The position numbers and the translations under genes were made by a program. From Lama guanicoe (taxonomy: Eukaryota), in the NCBI GenBank assembly GCA_013239625.1, contig MU053934.1:11261003-11325002 (forward strand): a DNA stretch of 64,000 nucleotides, in the 5' to 3' direction. This document shows, piece by piece, positions 63,765 through 64,000 of the stretch (position 1 is its first letter; every line of letters begins with the position of its first letter). Below the pieces are notes generated by a model, which worked only from the letters and a program-made list of their open reading frames with translations, was not told the DNA's origin and did no database searches.

Positions 63765-64000
63765 GGGTCTGAGCATCCTGCGTAGCAAGTGGCCACGCTC
63801 CAGGTGACTTAGAGCAACAAAAATCATTCTTCACAGGGTGGAGGCCAGAAGTCTGAGATCCAGGGGTCGTTGGGGCCGCACACCCTCCGACGTGTCGGGG
63901 AGGGTCCTTCCTGCCTCTCCCGGCCTCTGGTGTTTGCCTGCACACTGGGCGGTCCTGGGCGGTCCTGGGCGGTCCTGGGCTGTGGTTCTTGCCTGTGCAT
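63765..64000 (-). mobile_element. MaLR LTR (MLT1-like), truncated by the window edge, with an internal 10-bp tandem repeat at 63945-63980
   Basis: Contains ggtgacttagagcaacaaaa..attcttcacag..tggaggccagaagtctgagatccagg and tccttcctgcctctcccggcctctggtg. The tandem unit ctgggcggtc occurs about 3.6 times. Confidence 0.8.

Noticed and set aside
60076-64000. Search for the terminal TAFA5 exon (acceptor followed by Val-Ser-stop)
   Set aside because: No AG-GTCTCCTGA-like acceptor was seen. The gtctcctgg near 60880 lacks both the acceptor and the stop, so the exon is presumably beyond the window.

Overview
This is mammalian genomic DNA, very GC- and CpG-rich (roughly two-thirds G+C by eye), lying inside the TAFA5 (FAM19A5) gene on the + strand. 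It contains two internal coding exons, 28043-28192 (150 bp) and 59948-60075 (128 bp), separated by a 31,755-bp phase-1 intron. Spliced, they read GQLAAGTCEIVTLDRDSSQPRRTIARQTARCACRKGQIAGTTRARPACVD-A-RIIRTKQWCDMSPCLEGEGCDLLINRSGWTCTQPGGRIKTTT. The signal-peptide exon and the last exon were not found and presumably lie outside the window. Everything else is intron. It holds old, strongly GC-shifted L1, L2, MIR, MLT1 and hAT relics, one younger L1 3' end resembling cetartiodactyl L1, and an intact antisense ERV solo LTR with a 4-bp TSD. It also has simple repeats and several short AT-rich non-repeat islands packed with homeodomain motifs (candidate enhancers). The hundreds of other ORFs in the track are best explained as GC-content artefacts. 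I found no convincing new multi-gene system. The best leads are regulatory and evolutionary: a duplicated splice donor, recurrent paired-homeodomain dimer sites, the solo LTR, and the apparent GC-biased erosion of repeats. Repeat family names come from remembered consensus sequences, repeat boundaries are approximate, and the species is not established.
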